From positions 52,266,001 to 52,330,000 of the forward strand of contig NW_027266319.1 in assembly GCF_022045235.1 (NCBI RefSeq): 64,000 nucleotides of DNA. The letters run 5' to 3'. The translations under genes and the position numbers were made by a program. The notes under the pieces were generated by a model. The model was not told where the DNA came from. It did not search any database and was given only the letters and a program-made list of their open reading frames with translations. Below, piece by piece: positions 12,834-26,100 of this stretch. The first letter of the stretch is position 1; each line of letters opens with the position of its first letter. The stretch is from Haliotis cracherodii (Eukaryota).

Positions 12834-14149
12834 ATAAGTGCCATGATCTTAAACGCGGCATTTCACCCCATGTCACCTCACGTTACCACACTCGTCTTGG
12901 ATATGGTCCATGTATGTCAAGTTCAGATCACACAGACTGTGTCAAGCTCGTTTGGTCAAGTGCTGCTCTGGAATTGGCTTTCTTGATTAATGGTCGGGAC
13001 TGCAGTAGTCTGTTGTGGGAACTCTATTTTGGTGACTCATGCGTTTGTTCACCCTCGCCGACTCGTGTATACAGACCGCTCTCATATAGCTTGAATATTG
13101 CACAGTGTGGCGATAAACAACCACAAAACAAATGATTTGATGAAAAACACTGTCATTAGACAATTTATGGAAAAAAATAATTTCGCTGAATAAGAACTCA
13201 AAGTTCGTAGTCACTTTTACTCCCAACGTGACGCTATCTTTAAACAAACAAAGAATATGACGAAATATTATGTTCAAAAACAAATATTTATGGATAAAAA
13301 TATTCGATATATAGGAAGTGAAATTTCGTATTCACTTTTACTCCTTGCGACAAGTAATTCGTCCCCCGTTATAACGTGACGCCATCGTCCCACCCCCTGG
13401 TGCCACTGTGCGTGTAAACGAACGCTGAACTTAATTTGTGCGGTCTTTATATTAAAGCAGTTCAAAAACAAATCAAATAAATCATTTTTTGGACTAAAAT
13501 ACGTTGAAACTGAAAGTTCGTGGTCGCGTTTACTCCTGGTACATGTATTTAGTCCCGGGTTTCAACGTGACGCCATCTTCATGACGTCTGGTGCAACTAT
13601 GTACGTATATGGCGAACACTGAGTCTTTTGTTAGTGGTCTCATGGAGCAATTGAGTATTCCAACTGACTTCCGAGTCAGCGTGCTATCTGCCGGGAAATG
13701 CCGGACTGAAGCTCAGTGGTAATCCTCTTTGCTGTATTCAGAGATGGCAAGCGGTCCCCGGAGACGCCGTAATGGAATGGAGGTGTCATGTCGGATGCAG
13801 ATAGTGCTACGAGTCACAGATCTTTCACACATACGTGCAGGAGAAGGTTCTGAATGCGGATGTAACATTAACGCGTAATCTAGCGTACTGCTGCTTGGGA
13901 CGATGAGAAGGGGGTGGTGTGGGGAGAATGTGATAAATGAACGCATTGCGATGACTGAAATGTTATTACAACTTTAAAAGCTTTATGTATTGGCGGTGTC
14001 TATTGGCTTTGCTGACACGTTACCTGAGATTTGAGATAATACACAACATCCATACAATATATGGCTCACACTCACGCACGCCTCTGTAGTAAATCGCTGA
14101 CACGTGGGCACTGATGGTTGACCCCCGGGTGACAGCGGGCTAGATATGT

Positions 14150-14570
14150 CCCCAGCAACCCATGCTGGTCGTAAAAGGCGAGTGGTCAGACTGGGTTAAA
14201 GTTTCTTACCCCCACGGTATGGACCATGCTTGCCGTAAAAGGCGACTATGCTTGTTGTAAAAGGCGACTAACAGTATCGGGTGGTCAGGCTCGCTGACTT
14301 GGTTCATGCATGACATTGATCCCAATTGCGTGGATTGATGTTCATGATGGCAATCACTGGATTGTCTGGTCAATACTTAATTATTTACAGACCGACGTCG
14401 TATTGCTGGAATATTGCTGAGTGCGGCGTAAAACAACAAACCAACTAACCCACGGTATGGGTCATAGGATCAATCACTGGATTGTCTGTTCCACACTGTA
14501 CTATTTCCAGGCTGCCGTCATACAGCTGGAATATTTCTGAGTATGGCGTAAAAGAGAACTAAACCAAAAA
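14150..14570 (+). mobile_element. SINE family C (CAGCAACCCATGCTTG...GGCGACTA core) with partial duplications
   Basis: Same core at 21552, 30779 and 31695; tail GCTGGAATATTGCTGAGTGCGGCGTAAAACAAC. Confidence 0.8.
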
Positions 14571-15124
14571 AAACAAAGGTTGACAGCGTGAGAGAGGACG
14601 ATCAATATTGTACTTCGCAATACTCGTGTTTAAGATATGTTATACGCTACTTATCCTCTTGCACGCGTCCAGTTCTGTTCCTTTTGTATTTATTACTGTA
14701 ATATTACACCAGTCAGGTATTTTGTTTCATTTTGCGTATTCAACGGCGTTCGTGACTTCCAATTTTCCAAAATGAACTGAAAACTCGTTTGATATCAGGA
14801 AGTTTCGCGTGTCTGTCTACGTGACTTGAGTGCAGAATCAAATTAATTTGTGGTTTTGCAACCGTTCCAGATAAAACCCTATATTTTCTCTAATCATATG
14901 GCATCTCTGCTAAAAGCGGAGTCCATGTACGTTTCAAACTTTATCGTAAGCATGTGTTTATGAATCACTATGAAATAGTGGTGTATCATGTGTTCGCTAG
15001 ACGGTGAACACTTGTGGTAGTCACAAATTCATGCAAAGACAAGTCAATTGTTCACCTGAAAAAAACACTGGAACATATGGTACAAGTCCACTTTTGGGCA
15101 AGAGTTGTATGACGCTCTTTGAGA

Positions 15125-15402
15125 GAGTGAGTGAGTTGGGTTTAACGCCGCTTTTAACAGTATTCCAGTTATATCACAGCATGTCAGCTTTATGTGGGAG
15201 GAAAACCTGAAGTGATGCAGGTCTCAGACGTTTACCACTTCGGGGAAACCCACGAGCACGGGTATTGTGCTGACAAACCTAGAAACATCATCGGGGCGAA
15301 CCGGAATTAGAACCCACAATCCTAGGTTTCTGGCATGTTCAAGGGAAGCAACTCTGCACAGCTAATCGCGGCGCCTTAGACGACTGGGCCACCCGTGCCC
15401 CC
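15125..15402 (-). mobile_element. SINE family A copy
   Basis: Reverse complement of the 9981 copy; TSD TGA(C/T)GCTCTTTGA. Confidence 0.92.
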
Positions 15403-15742
15403 TGATGCTCTTTGAAATCTTCGTTGAAACAACATGCTCGATTGTATTTCAACAGGTGTGAAATGAGTCCGTTAGCTGGAAATGAAGGGAAAGTTGACTA
15501 CTTGAAAGTCAGCCCTTTTGCCATATGGATAGTTTTTAGCCACCGTGAATCTTTATGCATAGATCTAAATATATGCGATTTTGATGCGAGATGAATTATA
15601 TTTTCAGCTTTGGCAGGCCAGATACCTATGTAGGTTCGAATCCTGGTTCGTCAAGATTATATTTCTTGATTTGCCAGCACCATACACGTGAACTTGATTA
15701 TGTTTCTAGGTGTGATGACAGTGCTTGTCTGTTTCATCAAAG

Positions 15743-16006
15743 TGGGGAGGCACGGGTGGCCCAGTCGTCTAAGCGCCGCGATTCGCTGTGCAGAGTTGCG
15801 TCCCCATGGGACGCCAGAAACGTTTGATTGTGTGTTCGAATCCCGGTTCGCTCCAAATATGCCAGCACCAAACCCGTGATCTTGGGTTTAACCGAAGTGG
15901 TAACCGTCTGAGACCTGCATCACGGTCTTTCCTCCTACATTAATCTGGCACGCCGTGATATAACTGAAATGATGTTCAATGCGGCGTTAAACAAAACGCA
16001 CTCACA
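15743..16006 (+). mobile_element. SINE family A copy
   Basis: Head, B box and tail as in the other copies, with internal deletions. Confidence 0.9.
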
Positions 16007-17602
16007 CTACAACTATCTTTAATCTCAAACTGGAGACACTATCAACACACGCAGATAATATCGATGTCTACACAATGAACAAAGTGGCTGTATCGACTTC
16101 GCATTGAGTCCTCGTAGAGAGGTCGCGAGCCAGGCCGTAGACGCCGCAGAGACAGCGATCGGTCAAGAGAACACATAGCATGGTAAAGCGCTTTCGAAAC
16201 AGTGGCCCGCGGGAATGACCGAGGGTGGCAGAGCAGTCACGTGTTTCATTCAATTTAACCTTCCTAACGGAAGATGATAGCGACGATTGTTTGCTCGAGA
16301 TCATGTCTTGGGATGCAGCCTAGTCGCAGTTACACCAACGGTCGACTCAGATTACAGATAAAAAACGACTTCAGCATCGTCTTGATACAAATTGACGGCT
16401 CACGGGAGCGAATGAAAGAAGTTTCAAACTTGTAAATAAAGTACTGTTCTGCTGATATAAGAACTATTCAATGAAACTTGAAACTTGAATTCCTCACGTT
16501 TTTCTCTTCATTACAAGAGGCTCAACACATTGGAATTGCGATTGTCTGATTTTCTTCAGATGTTTTATTCCCCGTGCACAAATAATACACACTTAACGCT
16601 CAAATAATACAATTATTGTCCATGTACACATCGATTTCACACTGCGTTAAAACAAGCTATCCGTGTTTCTACGTCAAGCTTACGAAAGACGCCGGTTGCC
16701 CAAATTTCAACTTTATACATCAGACTCTAAGAAAAGAGATATTTTTAGCCTTTATTGGATTTTATCCGACGTGGTAAAACGCCCCAGAAAGACCTTCTTA
16801 TCCCTAGAGGAAGTCTCTGGGATCGTTGAATGGTCCAACACAATGCATGTTGACAGATCTTCTTACTCTGTCCTCGCTGGTGACGTCTTCGTGCGAGGGA
16901 CTGCTCTCCAACAAACCAAATAGACCATTCTCTTCTAACTGCTGGGGAAAATTACATCACTTATTCAATTATTTAGATTGATGGGCTGATTTGTTGGATC
17001 TCCTTGGCTTAGATGGTTCTATCTGTGTGGACAATGCCGCCCAATTAGACAGTTCCCTTGCTAGCCAAGCACGGCGCCAACGCATTTCTATCCAGACGGT
17101 ATTGCTGCTAAATGCTTGCATGAACCAGACGAGGATGATCCGATGCTGTGAAAGCCTGTGTTTATGGCAGGTTTCCAGATTTTACTATTGATCCAAATAC
17201 GTAACTTGGTTGTATTTTATCCTCATCGTTTTAATGTGTAAAAAAGGGCTGACCAGAAACGTCTTCCATACACAATAGGCACAACGATCTTGGTTTCTTG
17301 TGATCACAGTCAAGCGATGAGTAATTCTTTGATTCGCACTTCGCATGGTAGACTTTTCTGATGTACAAAGTCAGCGGGTAAGTTACACACACTATCAACA
17401 TGATATGGAATAACTTACAAAGATCTTTTTGAGTGGGAAACAAGTCTCCAAACTTTAGAGGACACATCGATGTAATCTTTGATTGGAACTGCTCTGCTTA
17501 AACTACCGGAGAGCTGTTGGCTGCTTGTACATATTTAGGAATCAATTACAAAGGAACTTTCTTTTAGCGTCTGTTTAACGTCATGTTGCTTCTCACCAAC
17601 AT

Positions 17603-17879
17603 GGGGCACGGGTGGCCCAGTCGTCTAAGGCGCCGCGATTCGCTGTGCAGTGTTGCGTCCCTTGGCCACGCCAGAAATCTATGTTTGTGGGTTCGAATCC
17701 CGGTTCGCCCCGATTATGTTTCTAGGTTTCTCGGCACACACCCGAGCTCGTTGGTTTCACCGAAGTAGTAAACGTCTGAGACCTGCATCACTTCGGGCTT
17801 TCCTCCCACATTAAGCTGACACGCCGTGATATAACTGGAAAACTGGAAAAGCGGCGTTAAACCCAACTCACTCACTCAT
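17603..17879 (+). mobile_element. SINE family A copy
   Basis: Full length; TSD-like TCACCAAC. Confidence 0.92.
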
Positions 17880-18117
17880 TCACCAACCAACGTTGTTCAT
17901 GTTTGCGTTGAAGAATATCATGTGAATGTTTAATGTTGTGAACCAGAAATCACGAACTAGCCGACCTTGTTCTTGCCTGTTGCATTATTAAAATAGCCAA
18001 AAAGGCAAAGGTGTATGGCGCAAGTGCACCACTTTTTGTCACCATCTGAACAATTTACACTTTAAGCTTGTCTTCGTGGAAACATAGGGCACAATTTGTA
18101 TACAATGCTGATGTAAG

Positions 18118-18286
18118 TAAGTGAGTGAGTGAGTATGGATTTACGCCGCTTTTAGCAATATTCCAGCAATAATACAGCGGGCCACACCAGAAGTGGGCTT
18201 CACACATTGTACCCAATTGGGGAATCGAACCCGGGTCTTCGGCGTGACGAGCGAACGCTTTAACCACTAGGCTACCCCACCGCCCC
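18118..18286 (-). mobile_element. SINE family B copy
   Basis: 14-bp TSD AATGCTGATGTAAG. Confidence 0.92.
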
Positions 18287-18664
18287 GAATGCTGATGTAA
18301 GGGATATGTACATTCTGTTGGAAAGTGAAGAAGGTTTACAAAAGTTAATGTCGAATAGTATACTTCAAAGCAGTGAGTAGCAGCCATCTTCCTATGAACA
18401 TAACCCGTTTCGAAACAGTGCGTATCCTATCCTGAAAGAGACGGTGTTTTCAAATACGATACAAATTGTATCCAAACATCACGTAAGCGAACGAAAACAC
18501 ACAACATAATTACGACATGGTTGTATCTCGCGATCGATTCAACAGAAATTATTGTCGTTTTCTTATAGATGACGATTAAGTTAGTAATGAGTAACCACGT
18601 ATATCCGTTTGCAGGTTAAGTATTGGGATTATTCTTCACTTCAACTAAACTTCCTTTCCATGAG

Positions 18665-19020
18665 CGTGGTTGGACCACTGGTTGGTTCGTTGTCCCACTA
18701 TCGACCTCTTGACAGGTCGTTGTCCCACTGCCGACCACTAGTTGGTTCGTCATTTCACTGTCAAACACTGGTTGGGTCGTTGTCCCACTATCGACCTCTT
18801 GATAGGTCGTTGTTCCACTATCGACCGCCAGTTTGTTCGTCAATGCACTATCGAACACTGGTTGGGTCGTTGTCCCACTATCGACCACTGGTTGGGTCTT
18901 TGTTCTACTATCGATCACTGGATGGATCGTCGTCCAACTATCGACCACTGGTTAGTTGGTTTATTTTCCCAGTAGGGACCCCTGGTTGGTTGTTGTCTAC
19001 CTATAGACCACTAGTGTGTC
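18665..19020. repeat. Minisatellite, 30-bp unit GTTGGGTCGTTGTCCCACTATCGACCACTG, about 11 copies
   Basis: Tandem periodicity; explains the repetitive ORFs on both strands. Confidence 0.93.
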
Positions 19021-20823
19021 TATTCCAGGATCAGTGTCATACGGACTCAACAGTTTTTATCGAAATGACGTAAATAGGTACGCCGTAAAATAATATGACT
19101 TACTCACGCAATTCATCAATATAAAACGCCAAGAAGGAAACCCAATAATGCACTAAGTGGAACGCGTGTGGTAAAAGTGGATTTGTTAATATAGTTAAAG
19201 GCACCTGAATAAATTGAACCTATTGCGTAAGCAAGGAATTAAATTGAGTCCTAGAGAGAGACCCTTGTGTATATGTTTGTAGGAAACTGTATTAGTCTGA
19301 GGCATAGGGTTCCAGTTAGGGATAGTCCATTTAATATATCGGGGGCCTCGGGTTTTTGTTGGAAGACAAATACAGCAAAAAATAATTAACAAATATTTTT
19401 CAGAAAAAATGAAAAACAATGAAATTCTTCGGCTTCTCTCGCACACACCCTAAAAATATTTTGAAGCTGTGACTGAATAAATATCCTGTCGCTACCTAAA
19501 ATCCAAGCAGCCCTCTGAACATTACATGGAATGGTCCCTAATGACGTAGACCTGAGACGTCCGGTGGTGTTAAAGATGATAACATCACGCCGCTGTCTGT
19601 ACGAGTCCAGCATGCCTTCTCAAACACATGTGTTGAGTCAAATAATATTGAGACAATTGATAAAACCAAATGCAAAGTCTAATAAATATGGAGATTGTTC
19701 AAGGTTCAAAGCGCAGGACAGCAGAATCAATTGTGTCAATTCTCTGCTTCCTTTCAACATTAATAGCGGGTATGCTTAGCGATGGACCGGAAATTGAAAT
19801 ATGCAAATGTTTCGCTACCCGTCATCGGAGTGGTTAACATGCAAATATGTCCAAAGAGAATTAAACTAAGGTCGTGCTTCTTTAATCACTCCGTCTGTGA
19901 CTTTGACATAGCTCAAAGTTTGCTTTGGCTCTAACGTTTAGAACACGTTTAGCCTACAAACCTTCTCGAACGAACATGATGAACCCACAATAGAACCGTT
20001 TACACCAATTAGTTCTCAGAAATATACGATTGCATGTAGATTTACTAGTTTCGGCAGAAATTCTGTTATCGATTGGGTTTAACACTAGCTAATCAATATA
20101 TAGTCCATCGGTCATAAGAATGATTGTCCTCTCGCTTAATGTAATATGACAACATTGGCTGATATTAAGTAACAAATTGAGCGTCATTAAGATAATGCCT
20201 GCAGTCGATTTTGTTCGCCATGGCGCCATAAGAAAACGCTTCAGGGCAAAAGTGTTTCCTAACTATATCTCATGTTTAGTTGGCGCGAACAGGGCGAGTA
20301 TATTTCAGCCATTCAGCCCCGACTGGGCGTAAATCATGAAGGGTTGGTGATTAGGAATTTCTGCCTGTATGAGTAGGCTCCATGAACGGTGTTTGTGACG
20401 TTGACGTTATCGAGTGGTCATTCTACGGAATCATTAGGCGAAAACGCACCGTCTGTACATATAGTAATTTGCCCTCATATACTGGTGTAATTATAGGGAT
20501 CGTTATGCTGATTTACTAAGGCAGCGAGAGCTGACACGAGTCTGTACATGTCAGCTCAAGTTAGCCTTGTCGCAGAGGTTCCACCTTCAGTCTCGAAATA
20601 CGTTCATCCAGTCTGGTCATTTGTGTCTTGCTCCAAGAATAACGCGTTCTTGTCATTATAAATTAATTAGTGTTCTTCCCGAAAAACTACTTACTGATGA
20701 CATTGGAAATACGTTAGATGCATCGGTAATATTTCTCAAAAGAAGTCAAGGACGACCCGATTCTTTCATATTAGTTAATGCGTCACATGACATCAACTAG
20801 AGTAATTAGGATTTAAACAAACT

Positions 20824-21014
20824 GTGTTTACAATATAGAGCTAGGTAACCTGTAGATTTAACCGCGCTAAATTGAACTTGGAACCGAACTGACAGCGTGA
20901 TGTGTCAAACAGAGGTTTCAAATCACAATACAGCCCCCTCTATCTGCGCGCGCGGTTCGAAATTCAATTTAGCGCGGTTAAATCTACAGGTAACCAAGCT
21001 GTACATTGAAAACA
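20824..21014. mobile_element. MITE-like inverted repeat (hairpin)
   Basis: ACCTGTAGATTTAACCGCGCTAAATTGAA matches TTCAATTTAGCGCGGTTAAATCTACAGGT perfectly and extends imperfectly to ~60 bp; spacer ~65 bp. Confidence 0.8.
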
Positions 21015-21109
21015 TGGTGTTATCTCCTAATTTGATGCAGTGATGGGTTTGTAATGGCAGTTTCACTGCACAAAAACATGGCAGATAGTGAGATAGTGAT
21101 AAGCAGATA

Positions 21110-21390
21110 GTGAGTGAGTGAGTTGGGTTTAACGCCGCTTTTAACAGTATTCCAGTTATATCGCGGCTTGTCAGCTTAATGTGTGAGGAAAGCCCGAAGT
21201 GATGCAGGTCTCAGATGTTTACCACTTCGGTGAAACCCACGAGCATGGGTATGGTGCTGACAAACCTAGAAACATAATCGGCGTGAATCGGGATTCGAAC
21301 CCACAATCATAGGTTTCTGGCGCGTCCTATGATACGCAACTCTGCACAGCGAATCGCGGCGCCTTAGACGATAAGGCCACCCATGCCCCC
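21110..21390 (-). mobile_element. SINE family A copy
   Basis: Reverse complement of the family consensus. Confidence 0.92.
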
Positions 21391-21551
21391 GAATAAGCAA
21401 ATAACAGCTAGTGGCCATTGGTGTCGTCTTTCCAGTAATGGTTATAGAGAAGACTAATCAACCTGTTCCAAACCCGTCCTGTTTTTCAGTTTACTTGGAC
21501 ATTTTCTAAATATAAGATGGTCGCCATTTACAACAAGTGTTATTCATTATG

Positions 21552-21710
21552 GGTGAAGATCCGGGTTAGAATAGGTCTTCAGCAACCAATGCTTGCCGTA
21601 AGTGGCGACTATGTTTGTAGTAAGAGGCGACCAACGGCATCGGGCGGTCAAGCTCTCTGACTTCCGTTGATGCATGTCATCGAGTACCAATTGCGTGGCA
21701 AACATTGATC
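21552..21710 (+). mobile_element. SINE family C fragment
   Basis: GTGAAGATCCGGGTTAGAATAGGTCTTCAGCAACC...GGCGAC core. Confidence 0.8.
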
Positions 21711-23196
21711 GGTAGGGGGACGAATTTTCCTGCTGGTTACGGAAAGGGTCGAGTGGTGACGACTGTAGTGAGTTCACTCATCTCGACTTTTGAAATAACC
21801 TTGTATGGGGAGTTTATCTCTTACGAAACCATTGCCAGATTGCGTCACATGAACATTCTCGAGAAACTAACTGCTCTCGTTACGTGAGGAAATGTGATCT
21901 CTGTCTTTTCGTTTTAAAAAGCAAAGTGGCTAGGATCCATATGTACTGTGTACGTCATGTCATAAATGTAAGTATAACTTTTAATCAACTCATGCTTACT
22001 TCTTACATTTTCGAGGATATCAAAATTCACCTGCATCGTTGTTATAGGCTTTGATATGGTGTTACTTGGAAAGTAACCATTGTGTATCCAGTTGCTTTAT
22101 TAAGCTTCCTTCAGTATCACTTGCTACATTATACCTTTGAAACATAACATAACAACTGTATCTTGTAAGAACATTTCCACATGTTTGAATCACAAGTTAA
22201 CTAACTGTATATCTGGCTATTACGTTTCATGGGGAGGTAACTCTATACAATCCTTGCAATTTTCCGAGATTAGAACAATTTTGAATCTGTAAATGTCACC
22301 AAGTCGGAACACGAAACGTTTATGAATAAGACGAATGGGTAGATTATGTTTTTACTCAAAGTAATGTATTTATGTGATTCCATTGCGTCTCTATCCTGTA
22401 CGTATCTATCTCTCATATTTAAAATGTGGACCCAGTTAATTTTAACTTGGATATTTTTATAATATGTTTGTCTACAGTTTTTTTTAGAGTGAATGAGACG
22501 TAATTCAAAATTAGCATATCGTTTTTTTTAGTTTCGATAGAATAATTAAATGGAGTTTTGGGTTCGTCGGTCTGGTTTGTTTACAGGCGCATGGCAGGAG
22601 TTCTTGGTGTGCAGGCAATAAATGCTTACTTTCCAATGCGAATTATATGAATGGTCGGTGCTACCGATAGGGCATGATATGATCACCCTTTTCTAAAACA
22701 CACTGATTTTCAGTGGTCCATTCATATAATTTTCACAGCTATTTCGCTCTTTACGCCAGATGGAATCTGTTTTGGCGGATAATCTAGACCCGTTGTTCCC
22801 TTGGAGTGACAATGTATATTTATCATGAAGTATATCAGACAATACGCCGTGTAGTCAGTCGTCTCTGTCAGTTGTCGCTCCTCGTAACGTACGGTGCTCA
22901 GAGCGCCCAGTGGTTCTGTTGTCACTAGCATCCAGTGGCCATTGGTTCGGATACCCAATTCATCCCTATTTGGATCTATCAACATAACACCCTTGTTCGT
23001 GGATTTAAATTACGTGGAAAACAATTTGCCTCAGGTTTTACGAAAGAAATCAATTGTTGTATGGACATGCTGGGCATCTTGAAAACGTGTCTTGTGAAAA
23101 ACAATTGTTCGGCGTCTTCTGTCAGAGACACAAATGTACATCTTGAAGCGATGACCGAAACATATTCCGCTCTTACCAAAACAAAATACTCCATCA

Positions 23197-26100
23197 TAGT
23201 CCGGCAGAGAAATGAATATTTTCCCACAACCCAGAATTAGGGGATAAAGTTTTTTTTATTGCTGGATTTGTTTAATGATGTACTTTAGATTATGAAACTG
23301 ACTGATGACACTCTGTCATCTTTGGGCATTTTGAAATATTCAAGATGGCCGACAAGATGGCCGCCAAAACATGAAAATATCGCTTCCTTGCTAACAGTAT
23401 GGAATATGATACCACTTTTGGAGCAAATCACTAATATTTTGATTTCAACTAATTAGAATATGGTATTCTAAATGAACTGGTATCATTTAAAACATAATTT
23501 GATTCTTAAATAAGCAAGATAACTGGCAAAATGCCTGTCGAAACATTATAAAGTCAACAAGCACGGCATTCTTTTTAAGGATAATTCTGAACTTTCAAAA
23601 ATGAATATTGGCTCAAGGTTTTCTTCACATACATACAATCATCATCAACAACATGGTTAGTGAGTTGGTTGAAGCAGACACTGGAGCTACAACGTAATAG
23701 GAGAAGGCCTCGTAAGTGTGTCACTTGTGCCTAATCCATTTGGTTTTCCGAAATTAAATATGTTTAAATCAATACCGCAGCTGGTAGTTTAATTTGTGAA
23801 AAATAGCAGCTGTCGGGGCTATGGGTCAGTGGGTGATTGACGATTTGCGATGGCGCCAGCTGGGGTAGGAGACGACACACTTTCCAAATTATTTCTCAAC
23901 CTTATCTGATGCTAATTCAACAAGAAACACAGAGACACATAGTTTTTGATAGAGGCTACTTGTTATACTATATTGTTGATTAAAATATGTAAAACTATGT
24001 ATCTCTGGCTGTATTGTCATCCCTTCAATCAGTAAAGTGGACTATTCCAACTACCCACATTACCTAATTATAAATCTCATCCAGGCATGGCATACCCACA
24101 TCACCTAATTGTATTTTGGTACCTTGTGGGGAGAAAATAGGCGATCTGGGAGGACACCGTTATATCATCTAACATGTCCAACTCTGCTCTTAAGTAAACA
24201 AGAACCTAATCAGTGAGGGGTCCTTTATCATCCATATTTGACTGCTTATAAAAATCTTATATCTCTCCTCACAGCTGGTTATCATATTTTTGCTGCTGAA
24301 TATTCGAAACAGAGTGATTGAGTTGGTACAACACATGTATACGGTTCCATTTTAAATGACTGCAGCGCTCCATTATGAAAACAAGTTGTTTTAACGCCGC
24401 TCTCAGCAGCATTCCAGTGATATATGACGGCAGCCTGTTGTATATGAAATAAATGCAAATTGAATCTTGAATCTTGAAAGTTGCAGCTTTTCCGCAAATC
24501 AGTATGACATGCAGTATACAGTATATCAACTGCAATTTACTGTATACAACATGCAGTATACAGTGTGTCGCGAGCTCCGCGCTGGGCTGGAGCACACATT
24601 TCCTGCCCCTCTCCCTTCGGCAAACACCTCATGGGGGGTGTAATGAGGTCACAGGTCAGGCGTGCACTCGTCAGTTGTCTGATACGGTCAAGAGTAAGAT
24701 CTTCCGGACTATCACAGCACTAGAGGAATGTGGATTGTTGATGAGGTACAACGTGTTTGAAACTGGGAGTTGAACACAAACACTTATAGAGAAGAGCTCA
24801 CCATAAAACGTTATGGACTCGCGGACGGACTTGTGTTTTCAGTTCAAGACGTACATGTATCAAGTTGAACTTCTACGACAGCTATAACTTGGTTACCGCT
24901 TCCTAACTGTAACATTAACTGAACATTACGCCTTTTATACATATTTGTGATGGGGCGACAATGCGACAGCGAGACATATTTTGACAATGAAAAATGTCGC
25001 GTTACGGCATTGTCGCCCTTTTGTAAAATATAGAAAAAGATTATTCAAAGAGCGACAATGCGACAACGCGACAATGCGACAAATTGCCAAAATATCGCGT
25101 TGTCGAATTGTCGTGCTTTGGTTAATTTCGACACATTTTGCTTGTTTTTGTAAAGGCGTCAATGCGGCAATACGACAACGCGACAATGTCCCTTCCAAGA
25201 TTCCATAGTGATCCGTGCAAATAAAACTGAGTTATGAAATAGAAGTTTAACATGCCAGTTAAAAGATAAAGTGTAAAAATGCGCTGATGAGTTCATCTGC
25301 ATGCCGAGTCTATACGCTGTGATGAACAATAATGCTCTGAGCCAATACATTTTGTCAAATGTATGACATGTATTACCTGTAGGAACATATATTTATACTC
25401 GTCCATATTTTTGACGGACAATATAATATACATGCTCGGTAATAGTGAGGACGGGCATCATTGTGTGTTTCCGTGCTCACCTTTCGCGAACACCCGTTGG
25501 ATGGCCTGAACCACTTCGGATTTTTATCCCACATCAGTCTGATACACCGTGATATAACTAAAATACTGTTCAAAGTGGTGTTTAATGCGATCACCGTAGT
25601 GTGTTACTGCAACTGTCCAAATTTTGTGTAGTGATATTATGTAATATGTAAAATAAAGCATATTCAATTATCCAATTGATTTGATTAGAATATACTTGCG
25701 TCAGTGTATTTTATTAACGCCCAAAACCGTATTTGTTAAACACATATAATAACAGATCATATACACGCATGGTGCCTTGACTTACTATTAGCTTTAATAG
25801 GCCATTCCGGAATAAAATAGTTCCCCCCAAATGCGAAGAACATCTGTTTTAGTTTGTTTACAAGAAATGTATTCCAAAAAATACCCTCATTAGATGAGAA
25901 GGTCCATTAAGAACTACCTCAGTAAGTCAATCACAATGACAGAGCGTTGTAATACATTTACATCAAGTACAAAATGGCCGACACGATAAACGTGACGGGA
26001 GATATTTCCGAAGTTGTTAATTAACCTATGACGATTTCAAGCCTTTGTCATCACTGATCAATTGGCCGATCATTGAAAGGTGATTGTAAAGATGTGTCAA

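Noticed and set aside
12401-13135. ORFs spanning the (CA)n tract and the N gap
   Set aside because: Microsatellite and gap artefacts.
18609-19073. 154-aa and 110-aa repetitive ORFs (mucin-like VDSGTTTQPV)
   Set aside because: By-product of a 30-bp tandem unit, open on both strands, with no convincing splice context.
23670-23717. HWSYNVIGEGL followed by GTAAGT as a CA-like exon
   Set aside because: Wrong phase for joining to 37111, and it lies inside a DNA transposon.
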